A DNA stretch of 64,000 bases from Piromyces finnis finn (GCA_002104945.1 MCFH01000076.1:124001-188000); one strand, 5' to 3'. Counted from the first letter of the stretch, positions 21,083 to 36,149 are shown. Made by a program: numbers and translations. The notes: generated by a model not told the origin, from the sequence alone.

Positions 21083-23431
21083 TTTAATTATCTTTCTTTT
21101 CTTTTTCTTTTATTTATTTTATATATAGAAATTATTTTATTTTATTCTTTTTTTTTAAAATTAATTATCATGTGGAAAATATTTTTATTCATGGAAAAAA
21201 AGGAAAATTGTTTTAATTTTTTTTTTTAAATTATTAAAGATTAAAAGGTTAGTTGTCATTAATAAATTATCATTTTTATATAATATAAAATAATATTTAC
21301 TTTTTATATTTCAATGTTTCTTTATTTTAAATATCATAAAATGGACAATTCTATTTCAAAGATTTTTTTTTTTTTTTTTTATTAATTTTATTTAGAGAAA
21401 AAAGATTTTACATTAAATTTTTATTATATAAATTTTAATAAAGATTTATTAATTAATAAATGAATGAATAAATAAATCTAAATAAAAAATTCATATATTA
21501 ATTGTTCAGTTTTAAGTGGATTATTCATTAATCAAAAATTTAATTAAATAATAAATATTGTGTTACATTTTATTAAAATGTATTGAGTACTGTAATGTAG
21601 AATAAAAATTACATGTTACACAATATTAAAAAGTGAGGATTTTTTATTTTAAACATAATAAAATTCTGTATAATATTATGATGGGATAATAAACAACATC
21701 AAAAAAAAAAAGATATAATATATATAGTAACATTGTGAGATTATGTAAATATATATATTTCGCAATGAATAATATAAAAATATAAATTCTATATCAATAA
21801 TAAAAAATATTGTTGACTGTTGCTTAGTTATTAATTTTACAAAGTAAAATTTCATAGGATATTTACTTTTTATTCTATTAATTTAATAATTATTTAAAAT
21901 GTATTTCTAATTATAAAAAACAATTATTTTAGTTCAATAAACATATTTTCCTTTCAATATATAATAAATCTACGTATATAAGTAAAAAAGTTTTTGCAGC
22001 ATTGATACCTAGCATAATGTTTAAAAAAAATTATTTCAATTTTCCAATTTTATTGTGTAACATAAAAGTTAATTAGAATAATTTGTTTATTAATTTTTCC
22101 ATTAATTTTTTTCATTTGATTTATTTGAAAAAAATACTTAAATTATATATATAAAATACAAATAAATAACTACTCAACCACTCATTATTATATAATTATT
22201 ATAGTTAGATAATATCATTAAGTTTTTAAATTTATCTCATACACTTTCTAATAAAAGTGAATCATTTTAAGTAAAAAAAAAAAGTAACAGAACAAAATCT
22301 TAAAAATTAAAAGACATTTATTCATAATTGAATATATAGTATCGACATTGACAATATATTAATGAATATGACCTTTTTTTCTATTACAACTATAAATTAA
22401 ATTAATGAAAATAAAAAGTAATGCGGATAAAAACATAATATAATAATGGAAATATGAAAATAGTATATATAAGTTTTCTACATCAATAATACTTTAAAAC
22501 CGAAATATTTATTTTCTTTTAAATGTATATAAATGAATTATAGTAAAGTATTTTTTTTTATTATACACATTATCTAAAATTTTAGCAAGAAAATACAAAA
22601 AAACTATTGTTAATGATATATATATAAAAGCAATTATAAGTTTACAAATTAAATTTATATTTTTCTTTTTTTTATATAAAATATACGATGTATTATATAT
22701 TAAATTACGATTAGTAACAAAAAAGTTAATAGATAAATACACTTCTTTATGTATAATACACTAATAGTAAAGTTTAATAATTTTTTGAAAAATAATTTAA
22801 AAATAAAATCTATATAATATGATATCCACAGCCAATCATCTTTTAATTAATAATAACAATTTTAATTAACGAGTAAATCAATTGAGAAAGCTTAATTTTC
22901 ATATTATTTATTAATATTATTATAGTATTAATAAATTCATTCTTTTGTTACATAAGAATTTAATAAAATATTTGCAAAAAGGCACTCAGTAATTATACGT
23001 TTAATAAAAGTAATTAAAATAAAAATAATTCATTTATAATTTTTTAATATATATAAAATAACAAAACCTTGAAGCAATTAAAACATTCAGAATTACATGG
23101 ACATTTCAATTCAAATAAATAACAATAAAAATAATATTTCCAAATGAAATTGAAAAATATCACTTGCTAAAACTATTTAATAACATTTTAATTTATAAAT
23201 TATACAATTTTTAACATTAAAATACGTTCATTTTTAAATTATTACATTTCACATTTCACATTATTAATTATTAATATTATAATAAGAAATTAATAAAATT
23301 TTTTTGCATTTATATTTATTAATTAATTTATATATTTATATATACATATCTAATATTTTATTTTATAATAAACACATAATATAGAATAAATATTTTTATT
23401 TTTATATTATTATTATAACAATACTCTAAAA

Positions 23432-25875
23432 ATGGATTTAGATAATGACTCATCCAAGGAAAAAAATCAAAAGGAGTTAACTGATGCTGAAAGAGATCCA
23501 TCATATTTCAATTATTATGCTCAATTAACCCATCAAGTAATTTATGTTTTTAAAAAATATTTTTTATTACCCAATTATTAAAAATAAAAAATTGGATATA
23601 CCCCTTTATTATCATATTATTTTAATATAAAGCAATAAAGTAAAATGTGAAATTTAATATTATATCAATTTTTTACATATAATTATTTCAGCAAAATATG
23701 TTAGAAGATGTTGTAAGAACTTCCACTTATAGTTCAGCTATTTTATCAAATTCAGAAACTTTTAACGGAAAGACTGTTTGTGATATTGGTGCTGGTTCTG
23801 GTATCCTTTCATATATGGCTGTTCAAGCTGGTGCTTCAAAAGTGTAATAATAAAAAACTAATAATTATAATTATTCTAAAATAACAAATAGTAATGGTAA
23901 TAAATTATTTTTTTTATTTAGTTATGCTGTTGAAGCAAGTAATATGGCTTTAAGAATTAAACAATTAATTAATGGTTGTCCAGAAAAGAATCCATGGTTA
24001 ACTGATAAAATTGAAATTATTACTTGTATGTTTCAAAATATAAAACATTTCTATTATATAATAAATTCTCTATATAAATCTTCAGTTATGCATATATGTA
24101 AATTGATATTCATTATAATATATATAATTATATATAATTATATATTATATTTTCTTAGCTAAAATTGAAGAACCAAATCTTCCAATACCAAAAGTTGATA
24201 TTTTAATCTCAGAACCAATCGGTGTTTTATTAGTTCATGAAAGAATGCTTGAATCTTATCTTTATGCTAGAGATCATTACTTAAAACCAGGGGGTTCAAT
24301 GTTCCCATCTTCTGGAACCATTTTCCTTGCTCCTGTAAATCATCATTAATATCATAATACTAATAGTTTTATGATTTTTAATATTATTATTTCATCATTA
24401 CTAAAAATATGAAATATTTAAATATTTATTGTATTATTTAGTGTACAGATGCTAGTTTATGGAGTCAAACCATGAGTAAAGGTAATTTAATTATATAAAT
24501 AGTTATTATACAATATAAATTTTAAATTATGAATAAATTTAACATTCTATTTATATAATTAATTTTATATTTTTAATTATATATAATATAATTATGATTT
24601 CAAAAATATAGTTAGATTCTGGGAACAAACTAGTTTTTATGGTGTTGATTTTAGTCCATTAAGTCAAGCTGCTAAAGATGAATATTTTGCTCAACCAGGT
24701 AATATTTTATATATAATATTATAATAGAACATTAATATTTTTTTTCCTTACTAATAAGATTAAATATTAAATATTTAAATTGAACGTAAATAGTTGTTGG
24801 TTGCTTCGATCCAAAAACCGTTATGGCTGCTCCAATATCTTATAAAATTGATTTCTATACTATTAAAAATGAAGAAATCGTTGATATATATATACCAATT
24901 CAATGGAAGATATCTTACACTGGTGTTATTCATGGTAAAGAAAAAATATATTGTATTATATAATTATAAATAATTTTTTTAAATATAAAATTATTATCCT
25001 TAATATAATAATCATCATTTTATATTTTAATAAAATATCAAAAATTAATATTTTTTATTATTATTTAAAGGAATTGGTGGTTGGTTTGATATTAACTTTG
25101 AACATCCTCCAAATAACGAAAATGATCAAAGTATTGTTATTTCTACCGCACCAAATCGTGAACGTACTCATTGGCATCAAGTTCGTTTCTTATTTAAAGG
25201 TATTTTTTATTCAATTAAAAAAAGCTTTTTTTATAAAAAAAAAAATAAAATAAAATAAATAAAAATTAATTATATTATTTTATTCATTATTACAGAACCA
25301 CTTGCCGTTAATGCTGGTGAAACCGTGTATGGTTGGATGAGATTAATTGCCAATGATGTAAGAAGTTATACTATTTACAGTGAACTTGTTATAAGTAATA
25401 AAGATGGCTTAAGTTCATCAGACGAAGTTGTTAATCAATTAAAGACCAACAATATTAATAAGGCAGAAAGTAGAAATGGAGGTCAAGGTCATTATACAAG
25501 AAGACAAGCTAAATGGGATTTACAAAATCAAGTAAATTTTAAATTTTATTTCATTTTATAATGGTTATACTATATTTTTTAAATTGATGGTATTCATATA
25601 CTTGTTTAAAAAATTATATATTAACCCAAGTTATTATTATAATTATTATTTTTAAATAATTAGACTTATTATTATGCCTATGATCCATCCACTTCTCAAA
25701 ATGATTATAAATCTGATTTCAAGTAAGATATATAATTTAATTATGTATAGAAATTAATTGTTAAAATTTTATAATGTATTAACAATCTAAACCAAATATA
25801 TGTATTATCTATAATAGTTTCCTTTATACTCCAGATGACAATATGGAAACTGACAAGGAGCCAAATCTTCTTTAA
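23432..25875 (+). CDS. CARM1: Protein arginine methyltransferase, CARM1/PRMT4-like catalytic core, about 11 exons
   Basis: Spliced translation: [11 protein letters not shown]^[10 protein letters not shown]; SAM motif [12 protein letters not shown]; YAVEAS; double-E loop [35 protein letters not shown]; [13 protein letters not shown]...DEYFAQPVV..FDP; THW loop [17 protein letters not shown]; LIANDVRSY. These match PRMT4 rather than PRMT1. Confidence 0.82.
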
Positions 25876-27393
25876 ATATAGATTTCCTACTACTGTAAAA
25901 TAATAATATTTTAATTGCAAAGATAGATGAACACGGAAAGAAAATGAAAATCATTAATTATTTTATATAATGAATTTAGAAAAAAAACAATATTTAAACA
26001 AAAAAATATATAATCTTATTCACAATAATAATATAACAATTAAGATGAAATAGTAAAAAAAAAAAAAAAAATAAAATAAAAATAAAAATAATAGTGATAG
26101 TGATAACAGTAATGATAATAATTATTATAAATATTATAAAAACATCTTATTCATTCTATGAATAATATACCTTTTTTTTTTTTAATTATTTATATATATA
26201 TTCAAAATATAAAGAAAAGAAAAATGAAATATTACATTTTTTAAAATTTTCTAAAATACATAAAGTTTTTAATATTAAATGCAAATAAAAAATAAAAAAT
26301 AATAATAAAAAAAAACAAATAATTTAATAAATTAAAAATATTTTTAATAGAAAATACAATGAGATATAATCAATAGCTAATATAAATAAATAAATTCTGT
26401 ATTGATTATTTTAAAACATTATTTTTCAATTTTTTATTTTTATGAAATATTTAATGAATAAAAATCATTATAAAATTTAAATAAAATATACAAATGAATA
26501 AAATACATGTAAATCTTTTATAAACTATGTAATTGGGAAATTCTTTCATTTGATAAATCCTATTTTCATAGAAAAAAAAAGAAAATCAATTTATTATACA
26601 AATTCTTAAATAGAATAGTTATTCATTTAACTACTCCATTTAAGAATTTGATTCTGTTTTTAAATGGAATAGTTATTCCTGCTAAATTTATTAAATGATA
26701 ATATCACAATTATAAAGGAAGTTATAAAAAAAAAATTGTAACAAAAACCAAAATATTTCCTTTTAGAAGATTATGATTTAGTTACTATTGTAATATTCTT
26801 GATAAATTATTTAATTCAAAAATAACAATAATAATATAAAAAATAAAAAAAACTGTAAATTTATCAAAAATTTTTATTTTCTAAAAATAAAAAGCTGCCA
26901 TAGATTCATAGATTACATACACTTGTAATACTCTTAATTATTATTATATTTAATTCCGAAATATTTTAATATTTATTTATATCACCAAAATTTATTTGTA
27001 TAAATTATATATATTTTAATTAATGGAGATTTTTGATTATCTTTTATATAGTTTAATAATATTCCGAAACTTTTGATCATCATAGAGTAGTTTATTTTTC
27101 TATGATACACAATACAATATTATATTTTGTTTTAATTTATTTCTTTTATACATTAGTAATGGATTATTACAATATTAGCAAAGCCTTTTGAATAAAATGA
27201 AAATGATTTCTATATTTATAAATATAAAATTTTTTAAGGTAATGTTACTTCTTTTTAATTATAATTATTGAAAAACTTTATTCTTTTTCCTTTTAATTTA
27301 ATTAACTATTTTTTAAAGTTTTAATTTTTTTTTACAATATTAAATATAAAAATAACATTTTAAAAAAAATGAAAAAATGAAAAATAGTATAAG

Positions 27394-27401
27394 ATTGGCT
27401 A
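27394..27401 (-). promoter_or_regulatory. CCAAT-box-like motif (TAGCCAAT) upstream of permease paralog A
   Basis: attggcta about 460 bp upstream of ATG 27858; related motifs occur upstream of paralogs B and C. Confidence 0.3.
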
Positions 27402-27857
27402 TGAGGAAGTTTTAGTAAAACATAAAACCAATTTTTAAATATTTTTTTATAAGTTTGATTAAAGTTTATAAAATATACATTTTAATATTAAAATAATTTT
27501 AATTTAATCAATGTAACTTTTATATCTTAAAAAAAAATATTTATTTAAAAAAAAAAAAAAATAGTTTTATACATTTTTGAAAATTATAAAAAATAATAGA
27601 AAATAAAATATAGTATAAATAATTGATTTTATAATACATATCATTTGATATTAAATCACAATAGTAATATAAAGTGATTTATAAATAAATCGTAATTTAA
27701 AATAAATCATTAAAATACTTATCGAAATCAAAATATCTATTTATTAAAAAATATTTGAAAAAAAAAAATGATGTATTTTTATCACTATCACTAGACATAA
27801 GTAAAACATTAAAGAAAAAAAATAGATTTTTTATTTTTTATAATAATTTAAAAAAAA

Positions 27858-29828
27858 ATGTATAAAGGATATTCAAAAAAGTTAATAGTATCATTATCAT
27901 CCATCAAAACAAATGATCCATTAGTTAATGAGAGACCTTTTTTTATTAGATCAAACTCCTCAAAAATAACAGATTCGACATATTATGAAAAATATAAACT
28001 TTTTCAAAAAGAAAATGAATTTCAATTAAAAAAAGAAAAAAGTAAAAAAGTATGGATACCTATGTTTATATATATGATAATTATTTCTTTGTTTGCTTTT
28101 GTATTTGGATTTCTTTATATCGGTGGATTATGGAATCCAGGAAAAAAATTATTAGGTGTAAATTATGTAATTATTAATAATGATAAGGGTTGTTATACTA
28201 ATGCCTGCGCTAAAATGGGTTTAGATAAGTCCCTTAACTTGGGAAATTATTATCATAAATTGGATGGTACAGGAGGTCGTTTCACTGTGATTGTAATTAT
28301 TATAATTTTTTAATATTTTTTTTATATATATTAATTTTGAAATATATTAGAAAATAAAATAAAAATAAAAATAGAAAAAATTATTAATGCTTACCTATAT
28401 CTAAAACATTACTTTATTATGGTTATTATAAATACTTTTTTTTTATTACCTTCTATCATGGTAATAATAAATTATATTGATTTATGAAATTCGATTAAAT
28501 TCACAATTAATAACTCAATCGTAATTTATATCGAAATGATGTTAAAAATAATAATAACTAATATTACTCATGAATTTCAATAAAATTGATAATAAAAAAA
28601 TTTTCTAATCATATAAAAATTAATTGGGCTTATTAAACAACTTCTCTCTATTAATAATATAAAAATTAAGAATGGAAATAGAGATACAGCAATTCAAAAT
28701 ATTAAAAAATATAAATATTGGGCAGCATTTTATATACCTGAAAAATTCACTTCTGATGTTTTAAGTAATTTAAATGCCTACAAGAAACAACTGACCAAAG
28801 TGACAGTTGAAGTAATTCTAGATGAATCTAGAAGTTATAATACCGTATCCTTGATAAGAAAGGCTCTACGAAAACTTCAAAATAATTTCTTTGTTTATCT
28901 AGCGAAATCTTTTGAAGATAAAGGTGGGTTTAATCCACCATTTTTAATAGAAGGAATCACGTATGAAGAAACATCGCTTCATAAGCTCGTCAAATATGGT
29001 CATAATTTTTCAACGTTTATCTCTTTAATGTTAATTTGGATTTCTAGTATTTCTGCTACCATTATTACCCACTTCTTTTTCCCATTTGAAAGCCATTGGT
29101 TAGAAAAAAAAGTAGTACATAATCCATACTTAAAAATTATACTTACAAAAATATTTATTTCTTCTCTGATGACATTATTCATGACCTTTGTCATTGTTAT
29201 CATTCAAGTAATTTGTGGTAATTTAGAAATAGAAAAAGGTTATGCCTCCTTTTTCTTTTTCATTTTCTTTTTTTCTTTGATAGGTTTATCAGTGAATAAC
29301 ACTTTAATTCATTTATTACCATTTATCGGATTTTATCTTTCAGCAGTAATATTTATGATGTTACAAATTACTACTTGTGGAGGTATTCTTGATAACACTT
29401 TACAATATGGATTTTGGAAAATTGGAAAAGCGCTTCCTATGTATTATGGTGTACGTCAATTAAAAAATATTATTTGGAAGGTGGGAGAACATACAATTTG
29501 GGTTAATTTAGTGGTTTTATTTGCATGGCTTATTGTTTTTACAATAATTTCTCTTATATTATACAAGTTAGAATTAAGAGCAAGAAGAGAAAAATGGTTA
29601 AGGCATCAACATCGTATTTTATTTAATTATAATAATAAGGAGGATAGCAATAATAAATATTATAGTAGTGACAATTGGTTAAATGACACCACATTAACTC
29701 CTTTAGCTAACGAAGAAATTCCAATGGAGAGTATGGAAGATTTTGACTTCCCTGATAAAAATAATGAAAATAATATTTCAAGTAAAACATTAGAAGAACA
29801 AGAACAAGAACTAGAATATGAACAATGA
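27858..29828 (+). CDS. YhgE/Pip-like (ABC-2 permease-fold, DUF3533/Sng1-like) membrane protein, paralog A; exons 27858-28292 and 28671-29828, about 530 aa
   Basis: N-terminal TM followed by YIGGLWNP...YVIINNDKG; loop motif YWAAFYIPEKFT, LDESRSY; about 5 C-terminal TMs with MMLQITTCGG and KIGKALPMYYGVR. Phase-0 GT-AG intron FTVI^NGNRD joins the two track ORFs in frame. Confidence 0.8.
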
Positions 29829-30236
29829 AATTAATTTAAATTTAGATAAAATAAATAGAAATAGAAATAGATCATATAAGCAAAGAGGAAAACTAATCAA
29901 TAAGATTAACATGGGTATTTCATTTTTTTTTCCTGCATCATTTTTCAGTTATTTTTTTATTATTAATTCAAATCTATATATATATCTTTTTTTTAAAAAA
30001 AATATTTACTTTTTTAATCAATACAATTTTTTTTTTCAAAAAAAAAAAAAAAAAAACATTACTAGCATAATATTATTACCAAGTTTTTCATCTCAATTTT
30101 CAAATTAATATTTAATAAAAAAAAAAATAAATTGATTATAAATATAGATATACTTTGTTTTTTCAAATCAAAAATATATATTATTTAATTTTTATAATAT
30201 TTTTATTATGAAAATTAAAAATTAAAATGTTTTCTT

Positions 30237-30330
30237 TATTATTATTATTATTATTAGTAGTAGTAATAGTAGTAGTAATAGTATTAATATTAGTATTATT
30301 AGTATTAGTATTAGTATTAGTATTATTATT
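30237..30330. repeat. Compound (TAT/TAG/TAGTAT)n microsatellite
   Basis: Visible tandem tattat...tagtag...tagtat runs. Confidence 0.85.
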
Positions 30331-31624
30331 AGAATTATTAAAGGTATTAATATTAATTTTTTTTTATCATCTCCATCTTTTTATTTTTTTATAATAAATT
30401 AATAATTAAAATTTATTATTCTTTTCTTTTTGTTAAGTTTTATTTCTTTATCTTCTTTTTATCTTTCTTTGACAATAAATATTATTATATGAGTAGTATA
30501 TTTTTTAAAAGCTAATTAAATAATGAACTATAATGAAAAGTTAAGTTTATAAAGAAGGTTTATCTTATTATACTATTAAAATTATGGAAAATTCTTTCAT
30601 AAATATATAATATTTTTATAAAACTCAAAAAACAGCATAATTATATCATATTATTGTTATATACATTAAAGTTGAAATAATAATACAATTGATGTATATA
30701 AATAGAATGAATAAAATAATTTTAATAATTTTATTCATTTTATTATTAATTTTATGATTATAATAATAATAACTAAATATAAAATGATAAAAAACACATA
30801 AAATTTATAAAATTCTCATTACTTATATATTATTTAAATGTACATAAAAAATAAACTTTTAAGTAAAACTTTAAAATTCATTTACATGTTAGTTTAATAT
30901 TAATTTTTCATATGATTATCATAATTATATTTTTTATAACATTAAAAAAAAAAAAAGATATATAATAGATACATATAAATAGTATTAGTATATCTTTTTT
31001 TTTTAGGAAAAAATATTTTATTTTATATAGGCTATATGACAAAAAAAGTGATATATAATTTTCGAGAAGTTAAAAATAATAATTATAAAGAAAAGAAATT
31101 AATGATAATTTCAATATTATATTTATCATATTATTAAATTTATATTTTATAAGGATAATACCAAGATATAAATTATATTATTTTTTTTTAAATTATTATT
31201 TAAAAAAAAATAAAATAAAATAAATATCTATCCTTAATAAATAATTTCTGCAATGTTTTATTTATATTTCTATTTCATCTCATTTTAAACTTTCATATAT
31301 AAAAAGGAAACATTTATTTTTTTTTTTTTTTTGTGAAGTTGCATTAGACAATGTTCATATAAAGTTTATTATATATGGTTGGTAAATGCTTTTTTAGGTT
31401 TTAATAATTTAATTATTTACTAAAAAATTATTAAATAGATTTATACTTTTATTTTGATTATACATTTTTTATAAATTATATTTTGTTGACTCTATAATGT
31501 TTACACAAAAGTAATTATCTTTTTAATTATTTCAAATATACAATTAAGATAAATATTAATACCTTAATTATACTATAAAAATAAAAAATTTAAAAATTTT
31601 ATTTTTTAATAATGTAATATGAAA

Positions 31625-31637
31625 TAGCCAATGAAAT
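31625..31637 (+). promoter_or_regulatory. CCAAT-box-like motif TAGCCAATGAAAT upstream of paralog B
   Basis: Identical 13-mer at 35862-35874 upstream of paralog C. Confidence 0.35.
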
Positions 31638-32636
31638 TATAAACTTTTAAAAAAATAATATTATTTAAATAAACATAAAAAATAATTCTTAATTTTTTGA
31701 ACTTTTATAATTGAAATATAGTAATTAAATATAAATCATGTTAATAATCAATTATATATTTTAATAGTAATTATATGATATACGATAATGTTATTTAATA
31801 ATTATAGGAATAAAAAATCTTGGTATTTATGAATTAGCTAAAAAAAAAATTCTTTTTGACATGTTTTTTTTTTTTTTTTCATTATTTTTAATTTAAATAA
31901 ATTGAATTTCTGGAATAATAATTAAAAATCATTATATTAAATTTAATTATAATATATTTTGAATTTTGAATAAATATTTTTTTAATTTTTTTATTTTAAT
32001 ATATTAATCATGATCTATTATATTTATTAAGTATAATTAGAAACTTTAATTATATTTAGTAATACAGGTAAAAAATAATCGTTTTTTTCGTTTTCGTTTT
32101 AATTCATTAATTTTAAAAATATATAAAAGAATAAACTTTTTTTTTATTAATTTGATAGATATATATGTACGTAAAAGAAGAATTCATAAAATAATTTTTT
32201 ACTTTTTTTACATTTTTTTTAAGCAAAAATTTTTAAATTTACAAAAAAATAAAAAAAGAAAGGTAAGTTTATAGTTTATAATAGGAAAAAAAAAAAAAAA
32301 AGGTATAATGAGAAGTTTTGAAATGGAATTAAAAAGAATCAAATAATATAAAGAAAAACAAAATAGAATAAATAATCATTTACAAATTTTATATAAAAAA
32401 AGAATAGTTCAATAAAATAAGAAATGAAAAAAAAAAAAAAAAAAACATTTCATTGTGTGTTAATTAAAAATATTTAATATATATGAAGTAAAAAAAAAAT
32501 AATAATAATAGTTTAATCTTTTTTTTTTAATAATTATTATATCCAATACTAATAAAAATATTTTTTTACTTTAAATAATTAATTTTAAAAGAGTATTTTT
32601 TAAAAAAAAAAAAAATATACATAAAATAAAGAAAAT

Positions 32637-34100
32637 ATGTCAGGACGAAATAATGAAAATGAAATGATTTCATATGATAAGGTTGACCCCTTACCAACTG
32701 AAAATCCATTTTATTATAATGAAAATTCAAAATTAAACAGCATTATAAAAGAAAAAGAAAAAAAAATACCATACATTCATTTGGGAATATTTTTATTAGT
32801 TATTCCATTGTTATCCTTTTTAATGGGTTTATTCTATATTGGTGGTATATGGAATCCGATTGAAAAAATTCCAGATGTAAAATATATCATTGTTAATGAT
32901 GATGCTGGTTGTATTAATAATGAATCATGTACACAAATGTTAGGTATGTTAAATAGTACAACTCTCGGAAGTTTCTATACAAAATTAAATGATAATAATC
33001 ATCCAGCTGGTACATTTGAATATATGGTAGGTTTAATATTTTCATATGTAATAATATAATAATATAGTTATTTTGTAATATAAAAAGGAATAGGAATTGA
33101 TTTTTTTTTAAAAATTATTTTTGTACGTATTGTATAATTATTAATTCTAAAGGAAGGTTCACGAAATGATGCCATTGAAAAAGTTGAAAAACATAAAAAT
33201 TGGGTATCTTTATATGTTCCAAAAAATTTCACAATGTTAGTATTAGGTAATTTAAATTTAATGCCAGGAGCTGCTAACTCAGTTGTTGTTGAAGAAATTT
33301 ATGATGAAGCCAGAAGTTATACAACAGTACAATTTTTAAAAAAGGCACTCGATAAAGCTAAAGAAGCCTTCTTTAATAGTATCGCAGCCAAAGTAGAACA
33401 ATATGGTTCATTTAAACCACAATTTTTAATTTCTGGAATTGAATATAAAGAAGTAAATTTATATCCAGTACCTGGTTTTGGTCAAAACTTTTCATCTTTC
33501 ATTTCATTTATTTTACTTTGGATTGGTACTATTGCTACAGCATTAATTACACACTTTGTTTTCCCATTAGAAAATCATTGGGTTGAAAAGAAAGATGTTT
33601 CTCATCCAATTCTCAAAACAATTGGTGCCAAAACTTTAACAAATGGTATTATTATGTTTGCTATTTGCGTTATTGTTAGTGTTATTCCATTATGTTGTGG
33701 TACTGTAGAAATGTATAAGGGTTATGCTGCATTACTCTTTTTCTTCTTCTTCTTCTCATTATGTGGTCTTGGAGTTAATAATTGTTTAGTACATCTTTTC
33801 CACTTTATTAATTTCTACTTAATTGCTGTAACCTTTATGATATTACAATTTATTTCATGTGGTGGTCTTCTTCACCAAAACATTCAATACGGTTTCTTCA
33901 AAATTGGTAAAGCTTTCCCAATGTTTTATGCTGTACGTGAATTAAAATATATCTATTTTGGATCTGGTAAACACACTCAAACTGCTAATGTTTTAATAAT
34001 TCTTGCTTGGACTGTAGTATCTTTACCAATTTCATTGTTCTTATACTATCTTGAATTAAAAAACAAAAGAGCAAAGATTAACAAAAATACTTCAAATTAA
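32637..34100 (+). CDS. YhgE/Pip-like membrane protein, paralog B; exons 32637-33026 and 33153-34100, about 445 aa
   Basis: YIGGIWNP...YIIVNDDAG; intron GTAGGT...AAG at FEYM^EGSRND, homologous to the intron in paralog A; GFGQNFSSFI; FPLENHWVEKK; LQFISCGG; KIGKAFPMFYAVRE. Confidence 0.82.
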
Positions 34101-35861
34101 GTTTAAAAAATAAAAAGGAACAACATTATATTATTAATCACATAATATTAAAAATAAAAAAAAAAAATTAGATATTACATAATATTAAATGTAGAATTCT
34201 AGAGATATGTCTCTTATTTATAAATTATAGTTATTCTTTCTTATTATTAAAACCTTTATTATTTATATATGTATTACTTGAAATGTAATAAAAAATACTA
34301 TTTATAATAAATATTTATTTCAAATCTATTTAAAAATTAGCTATACCACTATGTTAAATTTTATTAAAAAAAATAAAGATGACATATATTAAGCATGTAC
34401 TACAAAAGCAATAGATTAACAATATTGTACATATTGTATATATTGTTAAATAGTAACTTTTTTAAAATATAACTGTGATTTATTTACAATAATTATAATT
34501 TATATATACATAAAATATTCCTTAAAACTATTTACAAATTCATATAAAATAAACCCTTGATAACATCATTAAAAAGGAAATATCATATATAAAACTTTTA
34601 TTAAATGACTAGATTGTTTTAAAGCATTAAATAAAATGTTGGCTATTATTTTGGAGCTTACAAATAGAAAATCTAGATAAAAAAGATATGGCGTTAAAAT
34701 TATTATTAAACCAGAATGAATATAATTTTTTTTTCTTAATCTATTAAAGCAATAAATAAAAGAATAATATTTTGTTCCGTATCCTTTTCTTCTGAGCCTA
34801 ACGATGACGATTTATTTCAAATAATATGCATTAATACATTCTTTATTATTTCATAATAATATAACATATAGTTCTATATTCCTTTATAATTATATATATT
34901 ATTTATTTTTCTGTTTATTAATTTTATTATTTAAAAAAAAAAAAATATTTTATTTTTATCATATGAAAAATAAAAAATACATTTTCACATGATAATGAAA
35001 TTTTTAAATAATTTCCATATGAAAAAAGAAAAAAATTAAATTAGTTTTGATTTAATAGAATTTAACAGAATATATTAATTAATACTAAATTAACTTTAAT
35101 CCAATAACCTTTTTTTTATTTTTTTTTCCACATAATATATTAAATTTTTTTTTTGTAAAAATATCATATGAAATGTTTCAAAAAATAAAAAAAATTTTTT
35201 TATAATAAAACTTTAATAAGCATCATCCTATTTATTATTACTTATCATTGCTTATTTGATATTCTTTAGTTTGGTATAGAGATACTAAATATTTTACAAC
35301 TTTTTTTTTGCTAATACATCAATATACAACTAAAAAAAAGATTTATTTAATCCTTTACACAATTATTTATCATTATTAAAAAATGAATTATAGTTTTTTT
35401 TCATTTCATTAAAGTTGAATTCAGACATCTCAATATTAAATTTTATCAAGAGTATAATCAAAAAAAGTAAAATTATTATAAAAAAAAAAGGAAATTATTG
35501 GTGTAATTCATCCTTAATATTCCTAATTTCGTAATATTGGCTACTTGAAAATATACCATATATTTTATATATTATATCTTGTATAATCCTTAAAGGTAGT
35601 GTATTCTTTTAAGTTAAAATGTATATAATAAAGATTTGACAGAAATGAAAAATATATTTAAAAATATATTATATTAATTTAATATATATGTTTCTTAAAA
35701 GTAATCTTATAGGAAATCCTTTTATAAATTAAAATAAATTTATTTGATAATTAAAAAAAAGTAAAATCTTATGATTTTTAGTAAAAAAAAAAAATTAATT
35801 TATCTAATGTATTATTATTAATATCATCTATTTGAAATTATAAATCACTATATAAAAATGG

Positions 35862-35874
35862 TAGCCAATGAAAT
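35862..35874 (+). promoter_or_regulatory. CCAAT-box-like motif TAGCCAATGAAAT upstream of paralog C
   Basis: Identical to 31625-31637; about 280 bp upstream of ATG 36150. Confidence 0.35.
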
Positions 35875-36149
35875 ATAACTATTATGGAAAATATTCATTA
35901 AAAATAGTTAAAATAAATATACAATTCTTTTTTTTTTTAAAGTATAAAAGGAAAAGGATTTGACATAAAAATTAGTAAAAAAAAAAAAAACACTTATTTA
36001 ATAATTACTATTCTTTTTATTTAAAAAAAAAAAGAAAACATAAAATAAAATCATTTAAATAAACAACACAAGATTTTTTTATTTAGAAAAAAAAATAATA
36101 GAAATAGAAATATAGGGAAAAAAAATAAGAATTAAATATATATAATAAA

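Noticed and set aside
22509-25253. Short AT-rich ORFs (22509-22742, 24951-25253; similarly 6838-7035, 47112-47327, 57513-57743)
   Set aside because: Low-complexity Ile/Lys/Phe/Tyr strings typical of random AT-rich or intronic DNA.
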